In this document: in pieces, positions 1 to 12,588 of the stretch
How the letters are laid out: each line of letters opens with the position of its first letter
Position numbering within the stretch: position 1 is the stretch's first letter
Assembly (NCBI RefSeq): GCF_964355755.1
Contig: NC_092670.1
Coordinates: forward strand, 22,306,795-22,370,794
Source of the DNA: Antedon mediterranea
Taxonomy: Eukaryota > Animalia > Echinodermata
Direction: 5' to 3'
Length of the DNA: 64,000 nucleotides
The notes under the pieces: generated by a model
The model's input: the letters and a program-made list of their open reading frames with translations, nothing else
Databases searched by the model: none
What the model was told of the DNA's origin: nothing
Position numbers and translations under genes: made by a program

Positions 1-3000
1 CCAGCCTCATTATCCTGAATACAGTTGCAGCTATTCTCTCATACGTCAGAAACATGAGGGCAGCAGTAAGTACCGTCTGAATCAGTTTGGTCTCTAGTCC
101 TTTGTACAGATGCCAAAAACCATGTGTTCTCACTATATGTTTTAACATATCAATAGTTTTCATTGATACACCTTTTTTCTCCCCTTGGTTACTGAACTGA
201 AAAATTTATAAAAAAAAAGGTATAAGATTGTAAACAGACTCTCTGCTAATGGAAAAAATGTCTTACAAGTAAATATATATAAGGCCAATTTACACAGACG
301 AGCGGTAACGGTAAGCAGTAAAGTTGAGCGGAAAACGCAAAAATAGAATCTATGTTATTTCTTATGACCCTTTACACAGAACGCGGAGCGGACGAGCGGT
401 TGAGCGGAAATCCGCTCAGAATCGAAACAGATTCGATTTTGTGAAAATACCGCGCGGTATTTATGGATTCTGGCCAACCAACGACATAATTGAAATGACG
501 TCATCTATCAACAATTTTTTTTTGCCGTCCGTCGAGTGAAAGACGACAATAAATAGTATACGAGTGCCGTAGTAAGTCTAGTTTGCAACTTCTTTTTATT
601 AAGAAATACAAACACCTAAGACGTGACTAATGTTTGTATAAGGATAGTGAAAAGAAAATATACATTTTAGTACGTTATTAGGCAACAATTCCCTCTAAAA
701 CTTAGGCCAGTGTGTGCTAGGCCTACTGACAGTCAGTCACATCCAGGCCAGCAGTGACTGTAACATGCAGTAGCCTCGAGGCCTACACGGACCTACTTTC
801 CACCACTCCGTTCGCGAACTCCGCGCGCTGTGTAAATGGGAAAAGCCACGCGGTTTTTCGCTTACAATTACCGCTTACCGTTACCGCTCGTCTGTGTAAA
901 TTGGCCTTAAGTACAGTACAAAGCCAGGTCAATACCCTAGCCTAGCTTAATACAATAAAATAAAAACTATGAACTTGGTTACTTCATGGTGCCAGGGAAG
1001 AGTATCCTGATGTTGCTTTATTACTATAAATGTGTTTAATATGGCCATTGCAGGTAATGTACAAAGCATGATATGAATGACACAAAGAGCTACTTGTCAA
1101 TGAATGATCAGGAAGCGGTTGTTTATTGGGTTATAAAGGCCAATTGTTTCGGACCTCCTGTCTGTTACTAATTAGGAATTTCTTTCTATGCCTACAGTAC
1201 ATGTTGATACCAGCTCATTTTTGCTGTTAAGTGAGCATAGTTTGAGATGACATATAATTATATATTTCTCATACAGAATAAATTAAGGTTTACGTTTGGT
1301 GATATATACACAGATTTCCTCATCTTTATCATTTCAAATTAATTAATAAAATTTCAGTATATCACCAGGGGTTTAGAATTTATTCTGTGCCTGTGATGTT
1401 TATATTTATATATAAATTTATCTATATAAATCCAAAGGCAAATTACTGAAAAAAATGACAATGCTGTGGGTATCAGTGGCTGGATCTCAATGGAGATACA
1501 AAAATAAAAAGCGAAAAGCTAAATCAAAACGATAAAGTAAACAGCCAGAAAAGTTAGCAGAGCTTTCAGGCAACACTAGCCCTTCATCTATATATTTACA
1601 ATCTGCAGACAGTGCTGTTTCGATCTTATTAGATCTCGTCAGTGCAGCTCAGGTTTCGAAATGTTAGTATGCACTGATGAAGGGCCAGTGTTGCCCGAAA
1701 GCTCTGCTAACTTTTCTGGCTGTTTTACTTTATCGTTTTGATTTAGCTTTCGCATTTTTTTTTGTATCTCCATTGAGATCTAGCCACTGATACCCACAGC
1801 ATGGTAATTTTTTCAGTATTTTGCCTTTGGATTTATATATATATATATATTACTAAAAATTCTAAATATTAATAAGTGAATACATTTCAAAATCTCTATG
1901 TAACGTAATGGCAACTGTAAATGTGACTGATTAAGAGAATGGATGGTATTTAACCAATCAAATCTTACCCTTTGTTTACTCTGAACGACTTGCAGTGGAT
2001 ACGTTGCTAGTGTAGCTACTGTTTTAGCCACAGCACCAATTAAAAAATAAGTTACATTTCCCAACTCCTAAAAAAGAAAGACAAAATCACAGTAATAGAA
2101 AAATAAATTAGCAGCTGTTGTGTTGTAGTAACAAATAAGTACAGACTTTTCGATTGGAAGACTGTTTTTGCAAGTTACTGTTTTTCCGTCAGTCTTTCCA
2201 TATATACTGTAACATTAATGAAACACATACCGTGGTGTTGAGTACACGCTGTCTCCATCGTTTCAGTGCTTGGTAAACCATGAATTGAATTGCTGGGTTA
2301 CCTACTAACATCAATGATGATACAGTACCATTCCATAGTGACCAGAACCCTTCCTCTCTACTAATCTTCTTAAACGCATCTGAAATTTTGCAAGTTAAAA
2401 AAAGAAATGACATGGATGAAAACTATTTTAACAGACTCAAAAAAGAAATCCATAATTAGGGAAGAGCAGAACCAATGGAAAAAAGACAATGAAAACGAAG
2501 ACCATTGATGAAAAGTTACTAGAAACGTTATTAACCAAAACTGCAACATGTTCTATGTAGCCTATAATTGGATTTTGGAATTTGTTTTAGTGATATTCTA
2601 ATTGTAATGTTAGCTTGTATGTAAATTTGTTATTTTTAGATTTGTAGATATTTTATACTTGAATGAACTTTTAAATGGAATTTTATATTTTATATTATAA
2701 TAATGTAAATTCATTTGGTGGCAATGCCACTTTCATTATTAATAAACCAGAATTGATTTTGCCAATTTTACTCCTACTGTATTTGTTGTTGTTCTTTCCC
2801 CAGTACACTGTTAAACATGCATAGATACAGTCAGTGACAATACACAATTCCTTATGAAAAAACTGCAAGGTTTCATTACTTGACTACCAGATGAAATTAT
2901 TTTCACATTTCACACTAAATTCAAGGCACTTACCTAAAATACCTTTGTAATAGGTGGGCTTGTTTGAAATTTCTGATTTGAACTTAACCCCCTGTAATTT

Positions 3001-6000
3001 CAGTCTTGTGTTAACAACCCACATTGGAGTGGTGACCAATACATTGATAACACCTTGTAACATAAAGAAAACATATTCTTTATAATTGTTATTAATCCTA
3101 GCATGGTTTATCAAATTTTAAAACAGATGATCTTATATGCTGTTGGTACATTTCCTGCGGGTGCTTAGTGCATGCAAGATTATTTTGTTTTTACTTGTTG
3201 ATATTATATATTAAGTCTTTTTAATCATAATTCATTCATTTACAGATTTATTTTTTTACATAATCTACCCATCACGTGTAGAACAATGTGAAATTACTTC
3301 ATAATTATTATTATTATATTATTTGCATCATACCTGCTATTATACCAAATATGAGATCCTTTATGGGTTTACTTTCTGTTAAAGTCAACACATACTTGGC
3401 TTGTAGACCCTGAAAGCAGTAGAAATATACAAAGTTTGAGCAGCATAGACTGGATATTACTGGGAACCAACCTTTGTATAGAGATGTACTGAAAAGAAAA
3501 TGATTAGTTTGAGATATGAAATGAATGACATTTAAATCTTCACTATTCACTATTATATGCCAGGATAATTCAGAATTATCATTTTTATCTGGGGAGGGCG
3601 TGATTCATGGTTGTTTGGCCTTGGTGGCGACCATCACTTAACAAAAAGCAAATCCCCTTTCGTTTGACTCACTGAGCATCTTCTACGTCTCAGTACACAA
3701 AGTTATCATTTTAAAAAATACAGTAAATTGTGCAGAATTCAAATTTAAGTTTTCAAATACTGTAGTTTCAATACTTACTACCCTTCCTGCTTTAGAATTT
3801 CCAAAATAATGTGAAACGTTGATTTAGCTAGACGCTTATCATCAACTGAAAATAATATAAATTTAGCATTTTAGGCCTACATTGAGTAGCGGACTCATTT
3901 GAGAGAAAAAGTATAAAAATAGAAATGTATTTTGCTTATGCTGAGAGGTAGTATTTTCTTTAAAATAGAAAAAACTATTTTTGTTACCTTGTAATCGAAG
4001 CCTAGCCGTGTCCAGAGGGAAGAATACTGTCATGGCTGCCATACTTCCCTGCAATGACACACACAACATTGATATATTATTTAATTGAATTTGATCTAAG
4101 CGGCCCTAAACTGTTCGGCCCAAACCAAAAACTAATCAGTCAACTTGGCCCTCAATAAAGTATGGAACGCAAAAAGTGCAAATGAAGCAAATTGATAAAA
4201 TAGTAATAAAGATATGTCTACACTATCAAAACTTTATGTTCGTTTGTAGATCCGTTCCATTATAGTTTTTATAATTGAGTTCTCGGTAAACAATGTTTAT
4301 AATATTAAAAAAATAAAAGATATGATAGAAAATTATGAGGTTATACTAATAAAGTACCGCAAGCAAGCTAAAAAAAAAACACCACATTTTTTCATTTGGT
4401 AACTGTATATCTGTGTCTACTAGTTTTTGGCAGAGTGTCTACAATTGTTTGGCAGAGACAGATTTTTTGAATTTGAACTTTTTTTACTCGGGGTACCCGA
4501 GTCTAGGACTCGCTCATCTTCTTTTTCCATCTGGACACTTTGAGCCAACTTTCAAGTCCTACTAGTTCTTTACGTGTCATCTGACGGCTCTGAAACATGG
4601 CATGCATAATACTAGGGTAATAGGTGAACAAAGCTATAGAGAGAAAATGTTCGTACTTTAACTGGATGCAGAATTATGACATCATAAACATGGTACCAAT
4701 TACAAAAAGTGCGATTTATGAAAGTACTATTCCTCCCTTATTTGTTGTAGTATTGAGCTGGGATTTGGCATGGGTATACTACAGGGCAGGGAAAAGCTAT
4801 AGAGCCGGATTTTTTTATTTCAAACCGGATGCAGCCATATGATGGCTTGAAGATAGTACCTTGGTGCCAAACGTTTTTGGTGTCATTTCAAAGGTCTTGA
4901 CTTGGAGAATAAGAATATATACAGTAAAACCTTCACTTCTGCTCCCGGAAATAGCACAAAATCACTTTGAGATTTCATAATTTACCGTAATTATGCCATT
5001 TTCGGTTATGTGACGTAACTTTTCGGAATATATAGCGGTATGTGTGTATGTGACGTTACATCCTGTCTTATGACATAATTACAGCTTCTTTTAGACTTTT
5101 GCTGTACCCCGAGTATCGCACATTTGTGCTTGTTTACTTGGCCTACAAATGAATTATTTGTTTTTTTAAATTTATTTATAATAATATCTAGCCCTAGAAT
5201 AATATTTTAGTATGGTCAACAATTATAAATCCAATCCAAGCCCGATCATCTAATATATTGGACCCGAACGTCCACAAAGTTGAGCCCGAACGCCCGCAGG
5301 CATATGACCGTTTCGGCCACAGACAGTTTCGGCCACACCAGATTTCTATGGCGCGCCATTCACGCATATATTAGACCGTGCTATTGTTTTTGCTATTAGT
5401 TATCGCATCTCATGCTTTGTTGTATGTATAGTATTTTTTATGACGATTACTACCATTACAGTGTTATCATTCTTAAAGTTATTCCACTACAATTTGCATT
5501 TATTAGATTTGTTGTTTCCATTCCAGTTTAGTTATATCATGGAGTCTTGGCGAAAAATAAATTCAACTGTCAGTGACACAGTTAAATACTCTCTTAGTAC
5601 AGACGTATTAATAGTTTGGCTATGAAAAAAGAAATAGAAATGCTAAGAAAAAAAAAGAAATTTAATTAAAACGTTTTTCCTTCCATTGCTTAAGTGACCT
5701 AAGGAACAAAGAGGAATATCAGGAACTCACACATCAATCATGCCACCTAGCTACAAAATACGTGTTTGTATTTTATTTTCATTATTAATTAATTTAATTA
5801 ATTGCCAAGTTTGTCTGTGTCCGTGTTTTCCTGTGTAAAAACAAAAAACAAAAGTAAAAGGCAATGAAATCGATAATCCTGTATTACATTGTCGTGTCTC
5901 ATTGTTCCCCTATCAATGGCACTATGGGCGTTCCATAGATATGGTAGTAATATTGTCTGTGGCCGAAATTGTCTGTGGCCGAAGTTGGCCTAATGCCGTC

Positions 6001-6152
6001 CGCACGCGTTGGTACTACCCGATCGTCTGTCAATTGTAGGCCTAGCTAGGCCTAACTCTAGTTTAGGCGGCCTACTTTAGTTCACTTACAGTTGCCCCAG
6101 CCAAAGCATGTACCATTGTTTTATAAGAAAACAAAGAATCTGATCCACTCAT
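1..6152 (-). CDS. SLC25A17: Peroxisomal membrane carrier PMP34 (mitochondrial carrier family), 3' end outside the window
   Basis: GT-AG exons 6152-6090, 4048-3988, 3845-3779, 3488-3334, 3053-2934, 2379-2231, 2067-1969, 196-<1 splice in frame. Motifs: [83 protein letters not shown]. Confidence 0.95.
283..906. mobile_element. Non-autonomous TIR element (MITE)
   Basis: Terminal inverted repeats GGCCAATTTACACAGACGAGCGGTAACGGTAAGC / GCTTACCGTTACCGCTCGTCTGTGTAAATTGGCC with TAA and TTAA flanks. Confidence 0.85.
1603..1647 (-). ncRNA. Type I hammerhead ribozyme, complete core
   Basis: Minus strand reads CUGCA-CUGACGA-GAUCU(AAUA)AGAUC-GAAA-CAGCACU-GUC-UGCAG: 5-bp stem I, conserved CUGANGA and GAAA boxes, 5-bp stem II closed by G-C, short stem III, GUC cleavage triplet. 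Confidence 0.85.
1671..1707 (+). ncRNA. Minimal type I hammerhead ribozyme motif (dimer type)
   Basis: GCA-CUGAUGA-A-GGGC(CAGUGUU)GCCC-GAAA-GCUC-UGC. The palindrome AGCU replaces stem III, as in minimal metazoan hammerheads. Stem I is only about 3 bp. Confidence 0.65.
4481..5135. mobile_element. Helentron-associated (HINE/DINE-1-like) non-autonomous element
   Basis: Subterminal inverted repeats TACTCGGGGTAC / GTACCCCGAGTA, a terminal hairpin and T-run flanks. Confidence 0.55.
5299..5997. mobile_element. TIR element with repeated subterminal motifs, nested in an older repeat
   Basis: GGCAT...TTCGGCCACAGACA versus TGTCTGTGGCCGAA...ATGCC. Flanks GCCCGCA / GTCCGCA resemble a target-site duplication. 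Confidence 0.7.
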
Positions 6153-6698
6153 CTTATGATCGTTTTTCTAGTCAGATCTAGGCCTAGTGGAATTTGAAAT
6201 GAAACAAATATAGGTCTAGGCCTTAGGCTAGGCTAGTCTAACAAAATCATGTTCTACTTTTTGAAACTCACAACGTCTGTTTTAAAAGTCTACTCAGATC
6301 AATAATCAATTTGGACGTTTATGATTGGCTGTAGCCGGTCATGGATGGATGATTTTCTAATGATTGTATATTAATAATAATAACATTTGATGTAAATGTA
6401 ATATTAACATTAGCACTGTGTTTTATTATAAACATTTTGGTATACTAGTTAAACACAATGATAAAGGATTGATAAATTAAAAATAATGAATTAACATCGC
6501 TATTAACAATGTGGTTTGCTATTTAAACCAATTTGGTATAAAATTTTATCTCTGGCAAGGCTCAGCCGCGCGTGTATTTAAAAGGAACAAGCTCAATGAT
6601 GGATCAGTTCTTTAAACACGTTGCTGTAGTTTGTGGAAGTTTTTTTGTCTTTGTGTTTAAAATTGGTTCGACCTATTTCCAGACTTTATATCTAAAAA
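6153..6698. promoter_or_regulatory. Divergent promoter between SLC25A17 and cyclin B with CCAAT boxes and a CDE/CHR-like element
   Basis: About 550 bp between the two ATGs. ATTGG near 6324, CCAAT near 6528, GCGCG-N4-TTTAAA at 6568-6582. Confidence 0.6.
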
Positions 6699-9047
6699 AT
6701 GGCTCTTCGTACCAGATCTCAAGTGGTTAGATTTTCGTTATTTCAGTATATTATGTGCTTTAATCAACTTTAAATTGATTTTGATTTAACCGAAACCGTC
6801 GGTTGTTTGTGGATCGGATGGCTTTCCTACTGGGCTCTGCTGGCATGCCTTCTTTGGTTTAGCCTAGGCATACCGCGGCTAGGTGCCGTCTAGACAGGGA
6901 GATTTATTTTACATCTCCCTGGTCTAGATGTCGGCCATTTTAGGCAAGGCATATAATATTAAGATCCCAGCTTACTACCGAAGATATTTTTTTTACGCCA
7001 CTGGACGTATAACAACAAAAGATAGTTATATGTTACATGTACAGCTGCTGCTTGTTATACATACCGCAGTTGAGATTGAGTTGGCCGCCGCTGGACGTAC
7101 GTGTAAAACTCGTCCTAACCCCAACCTTCTAAATATTAAATCTCTCTAGGCCATAGCATCATCACAAACACGCCACACAGCTGGCTTGCAGGAAAGCCCT
7201 TTCCATAAATAAAATAACGGAAAAAAGCTAATCCTAAATCATGTGGATTAACACGCGGCATCTAGGCCTAAATGCTCTATAATGCCAGTCGCGGTACGAT
7301 AACGCTTGTTATACGTACCATCGCTGTACGTATAGCCAGTCCCTTAATTTTGTTTTGTTTTTTTGCTTATTTTTTTTTTCAGAATGTCAATGAAAACAAG
7401 TCCAATGCAAGGCTTGCATTGCTGGCTGCCAAGACAAGAGTTTCAACACGTGATGTCAAGTCAAGAGCAGCTCTCGGAAACATTAGCAATGTTACTAGAC
7501 AGTCGAATAGACTTGCTGAAAAGGTACGAATAAAAACTACATTGCATAAGATCCTACTTTTTTTTTTGTCCGTTTCAATTTGTTTTTACACCTTTTTTTT
7601 TTTCAGGCGGCGGTGAAGAAGCCAGCTCGAATGACTAAATCAAAAGCCACATCATCATTGCTTTCAGTTGCAACAGTGAAGCCTGAAATTGTAAGCACTG
7701 TGGTTTTATCTTTAAAAAAAAATAGAATAAAATTGTTATAATTTTTTACTTCAATATTTCATGTTTTTCTATTTCTAGGCACCAAAATCCCCAAAGGCTA
7801 TGGATACAACTGAAATGGGTCAAATTGCACAGGCATTTTCCGAGAAAATGATTATCAACATAGAGGACATTGATAAACATGATAGCGATGACCCACAATT
7901 GTGCTGTGAATATGTTAATGACATATATGATTACATGAGGCACTTGGAACACGTTCTTAAAGTAACAAAAGATTATATGGAGGGTCAGAGTATCAACAGT
8001 AAAATGAGAACCATCCTTGTGGATTGGTTAGTTCAAGTGCATCTTCGTTTTGAGCTTCTGCAAGAGACTCTCTTTCTTGCTGTTCAGCTTATTGACCGCT
8101 ATTTGGAGGTAAATAACTAAGATAAAAGTGCTTCAAGCTGTAACGCATTCTCAACATGCGTTAACTCTTCATTTATTTTTCTTTTTCAGTTAAAACCAGT
8201 TTCGAAAGACAAATTACAACTTGTTGGTGTTACTGCAATGTTCATTGCCTGCAAGTATGAAGAGATGTACCCACCTATAATGGTCGACTTTGTTTACATC
8301 ACCGATAACGCTTACACCACAAGCCAAATCAGGATCATGGAAATTCAAATGTTGTCTGCCCTCAACTTCGGATTAGGAAAACCCTTGTGCATTCATTTTC
8401 TTCGCAGAAATTCCAAAGCTGGAGAGGTGCTATATCGTTCCAACTTCCGGGTATTTCACTAGCAAGCATGCGTTAGTTTTTGGGGAGCACATTGGAAGCC
8501 CTACTGTCTCATCTAGAGAATCGTTCCCCAAATTAACAAATTTCATCTTTTTTTTTTATAGGTTACCCCAAAGCAACATACCTTAGCCAAATACTTAATG
8601 GAACTGACCCTTCCTGAATATGAGATGGTGCAATATAACCCTTCAGAAATTGCTGCTGCAGCACTTTGTCTCTCTATGAAACTGCTAGATACTGATGCCC
8701 AATGGAACCCAACAATCGTACACTACAGCACCTACACTGAATTTTATTTATTACCGATTATAAAGAAGATGGCTTCAATAGTATACAAATCACCCACTTC
8801 AAAATACCAGGTACAGTATTTATTGGTACAGTAATACATTGAGATGGTCCCCGTTTCGAAATGAAATAGCTTGCATTGCAAGAATAAAAATTTCCTTGGA
8901 AATAAATTCAATTGATTATTATCTTAATATATGATTATTTTATTCTTCCAGGCTGTTCGTTCAAAATACTCAAGCAGTAAATTTCTGAAGATCTGTACAC
9001 TGTCTGAACTTTCCTCGCCAACAATCAAGCAGCTAGCAGAGGAATAA
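6699..9047 (+). CDS. CCNB: G2/mitotic-specific cyclin B, about 387 aa
   Basis: Exons 6699-6725, 7383-7523, 7607-7690, 7779-8108, 8190-8426, 8562-8810, 8952-9047, all introns phase 0. Destruction box RAALGNISN, cyclin box [30 protein letters not shown]. Confidence 0.97.
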
Positions 9048-9300
9048 GATGACTTATGTAAATATATTTCGCGCGGGTTTCTACAAATTTTATCATGTTA
9101 TACAAATTCACCATTATACGTGCCAAGCTTAATTCTGACGATGACTTGAATAGTCCAGCCATATAGTTAGGCATTTTATTTAAAATTATGTATTTTGATC
9201 ACTTTTAATTATATATAGCCTGTATCAATGTAATTTTATATTTAATCTTGTTTTAGTTGTAAATGTATAGTAATTTAATATTAAAGTTGTTATAAAAATA
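9048..9300 (+). promoter_or_regulatory. Cyclin B 3' UTR with Pumilio element, CPE-like motifs and poly(A) hexamer
   Basis: TGTAAATA 9057-9064, TTTTAT 9174 and 9234, TTTTAAT 9203, ATTAAA 9280. Confidence 0.55.
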
Positions 9301-9646
9301 TTTTCTTTGCATTTGGATTTTATTGTCATGCCTCCTCTACCACTCATCCCCTTAGTTTGCCTGCCCCACGCTCCATCAATTTTCTGCTCTTGGCAAAATT
9401 TGAAATCTAATCAACAAAACCCTGCACAATAATTTAGTTTTATGGCATACTAGTGCCGTTCCGCCGTACCACGCCGAGAATGTCGCTATCCAATCGAGTT
9501 TGAACAATACCATGAAAGTCCCAGTGGTCTAATGGTTAATGGTTCTCACAGATTTCTTCATCTTTATTGTTTCAAATTAAATTTCAGTATATCACCGGGC
9601 GGTTTAGAATTACTGTTCTTTGCCCGATTTGTTTATATATATTATA

Positions 9647-11121
9647 CTAGCAATTCGTTTAAAGCCTTCTCAGTAGCCTACATAACACCCGACACCAGTA
9701 TCTCCAAATACTCGCCAACCCCCACCCCCCACCCCTCTTCAATAACACTTTTAAAAACAAATTAATCCCAGTGATGGACAGATTCAACTTCAAATTGAGA
9801 GGGGTATACATAGCTCTGATAGGGAATAGTTTAAGTACGTTGTAATCTGTGTAAATGAATAGGTGTCATATTGGCTGATAATTAAAATATCTAATTTTGA
9901 TACTGCGGTTCCCCTAGCCTTCTTTCTCCTCTTACCATCCCAGCCACAATACAATTCCCTGGACAGTTCAAATGTAGTAAATATTCCTAGTCAATCATTA
10001 TATACGCTACTTCATTCCGCCAGTATTTTCGATCCTCCTCCTTCCCCTCCCAACACACCCCAGATACTGGGTGATGTGTTTAAGACGGTTCCAGTACAAA
10101 TTGTGTTAGCCGAGTCACTCCCAACCCATAATCCCTCAGTGGTAGTTTCCAAATGTAGTTTAAAACATTCCCAGTACAGTATCGGTCATGGTGATAGGCC
10201 TACATCCCCACCCCAAACTCCATTCCCCTTCCCAGGGATAATTAAAATACATTTTCCAAGCACAATTCTGGTCAATTTGATAGCCAACTACTCCTAGCCT
10301 AACCGAAATCCCCACTATCACATGAACCCCACCTCCCAATCCCCCTCCCTCACAAAATCCCCAGACTTTTTGAAATGTAGTTTAAAACTTTCCCGGTACA
10401 ATTGCGATCATTTTGATACCTTATTGTCACGAACTCCTCTCACGTATGTTTCCGAGCGGTTGAAAATACTTTAGGAACTCCCTTGTGACATAAAAGTATA
10501 CACACAAAATCCACAAAGTTGTAAAATAACTCAAAAACAAAGCTTTAATTTCAATCAACTTCAACTTTTAACAATCCAGTAAGCACTTTATACAACAGCT
10601 TCACAATAACTTTACAATATAACATCCAACCTCTAATCCAACAACCTTACAATAGTTTACATCCCTTTATATACAAGATGCTCCTATCCTTCTAGATCAT
10701 TCTTTATACTTCTCATTATTACATGATTACAGTTTCTATTAATAGCACTTCTGGAATGTTCTTGATTGTTCTTATTAATTATACATGGTTTCTTAAATCA
10801 AAACATCTTATTCTAGAATGTTCATGTAAATACTATGTTACTCTATATGTTAGGGAATGGTAATTTATTACACTTATATGTATGGTTACATGCAGAAACA
10901 GAAATTTGTATAACGAACAAACATCGAAAGTGGGCCATTTGACCACATTTTGGACCCTAACTTGGATCCTAGATGGCGGATGATGTTGAAATGTAGTTTA
11001 GAACCTTCCCGGTACAATTCCGGTCATTTTGATACCCCATATGTAAGGTTATGTGCAGTAACAAAAATTTGTATAACGAACAAACAAACAGACGTACAAA
11101 CTCTCTCACTTATAATATAGA
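9647..11121 (-). mobile_element. Non-autonomous Helitron, copy A, interrupted by a solo LTR
   Basis: Minus strand 5' TCTATATTATAAG ... CTAG 3' followed by T. Homologous to 11122-12544. The 3' hairpin is deleted. Confidence 0.8.
10425..10872 (-). mobile_element. Solo LTR
   Basis: TG...CA termini with a perfect 5-bp CTTAT duplication on both sides. Absent from the equivalent position in Helitron copy B. TATA-like and ATTAAA signals on the minus strand. Confidence 0.85.
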
Positions 11122-12544
11122 CTAGCAATTATACCCGCCCCAGGGCGGGTTTCAAAATTAGTTTACAGCCTTCTCAGTACATAACACCCGACGCCAGTAT
11201 CTGTCTATACTCACCAACATCGACCCCTCAACAACACCCCATACTCTTTCTTAAAAACAAAATCTTCCCAGTGATGGACAAATTCAATTCAACCTAAGCT
11301 TCGAATTGAGAGGAGTATTCATAACTACGATGGGTCTAATAATGGTTGTAGTACGTTGTAAATTGTGTAAATGAATAGGTGTCATATTGGCTGATAATTA
11401 AAATTTGTAATTTAGATACTGCGGGCACCCAGCCACCATCAACAAACCTTAACTCCTCCCCTGGACAGTTCAAATTTAGTAACTTTTCCTAGTACAATCC
11501 AATCATATAGGCTACTTCATTACGCTAGTATTTTCGCTCCTTCTCCCTCTACAAAAAACACACGCCAGATACACTGGGTGATCTGTTGAAGCCGGTTCCA
11601 GTACAATTTATATTATTATCACTCCCAACCCATAATCCCTCAGTGGCAGTTTTCAAATGTAGTTTAAAACATTCCAAATACAGTTTCGGTCATGGTGATA
11701 GGCCTAGATGTACATCCCCACCCCAAACTCCCATCCGCTTCCCAGGGATGATTAAATACTTTAAAAGTTTCCAACCACAATTCTGGTGTAAGCAAAATCC
11801 CCACTCTCTCCTGAAACCAAACTCCCAAACCCTATCTCCCAACCCCACTCTCCCACAATGTACGTTTTTTTTCTTGGAGGATTGGTGATGTAGTTGAACA
11901 CAGTAACAGTAAACAACATGTGTATGTTCACACAGGTATGGATGTCTGTAATGAGGCAATCCAAGAGACCAACAAATAGCTGGATATGGTTAAAGTACTT
12001 TGCTAAATGTGTAATTTAATAGGTGTCATATTGTTTAATGAATGAAATATGTATAGCTATATCTATATTTCCCCAAACGCCTTGCTGAGGATAATTCAAA
12101 TACTGTAAAACTTTTGTAGTATAATTTTACAATTCGATAGCCTACAACCCCGAGCCCTAGCAAAAATGACATCACAAACCACCACACAACCACCCCCCCC
12201 CCCCCCCACCCGTTCCACAAAAACCCCAGGAGTCGGGGGAATTTTTTTAAATGTAGTTTAAAACCTTCCGGGTACAATTGCCATCATTCTGATACCCCAT
12301 ACGTATGGTTACGTGCAGACACAGAAATTTTTATAACGAACAAACATCGAAAGTGGGGGTTTTGACCACATTTTGGTCCCTAACTTGGATCCTAGGTGGC
12401 GGATGATGTTGAAATATAGCTTAGAACATTCCCGGTACAATTGCGGTCATTTTGATACCCCATATGTAAGATTATGTGCAGTAACAAAATTTTGTATAAC
12501 GAACAAACAGACAAACAGACAAACTCTCTCACTTATAATATAGA
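11122..12544 (-). mobile_element. Non-autonomous Helitron, copy B
   Basis: A|TC start, GC hairpin CCCGCCCTGGGGCGGG about 12 nt before the terminal CTAG, short TGTT/TGTC repeats near the 5' end. Confidence 0.85.
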
Positions 12545-12588
12545 TGCCATTCCCACTACCAGGGGGACACGAAATTGATTGGATTGAT

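Larger units (their letters stand above)
1423..1840. mobile_element. Palindromic Penelope-like element remnant (inverted arms) carrying hammerhead motifs
   Basis: Arms of about 165 bp (1423-1588 and 1676-1840) are near-perfect inverted copies around a spacer of about 85 bp, ending in a (TA)n run. Penelope assignment is inferred from the minimal hammerheads and the inverted arrangement. Confidence 0.7.

Noticed and set aside
9134-9165. CTGACGA followed by a GACT/AGTC stem in the cyclin B 3' UTR
   Set aside because: No GAAA box or cleavage triplet follows, so it is not a hammerhead.
9863-12277. Pro-rich ORFs at 9863-10297 and 11586-11888 and their antisense frames
   Set aside because: They lie in non-autonomous Helitron copies, the frames differ between copies, and no domain is recognisable.
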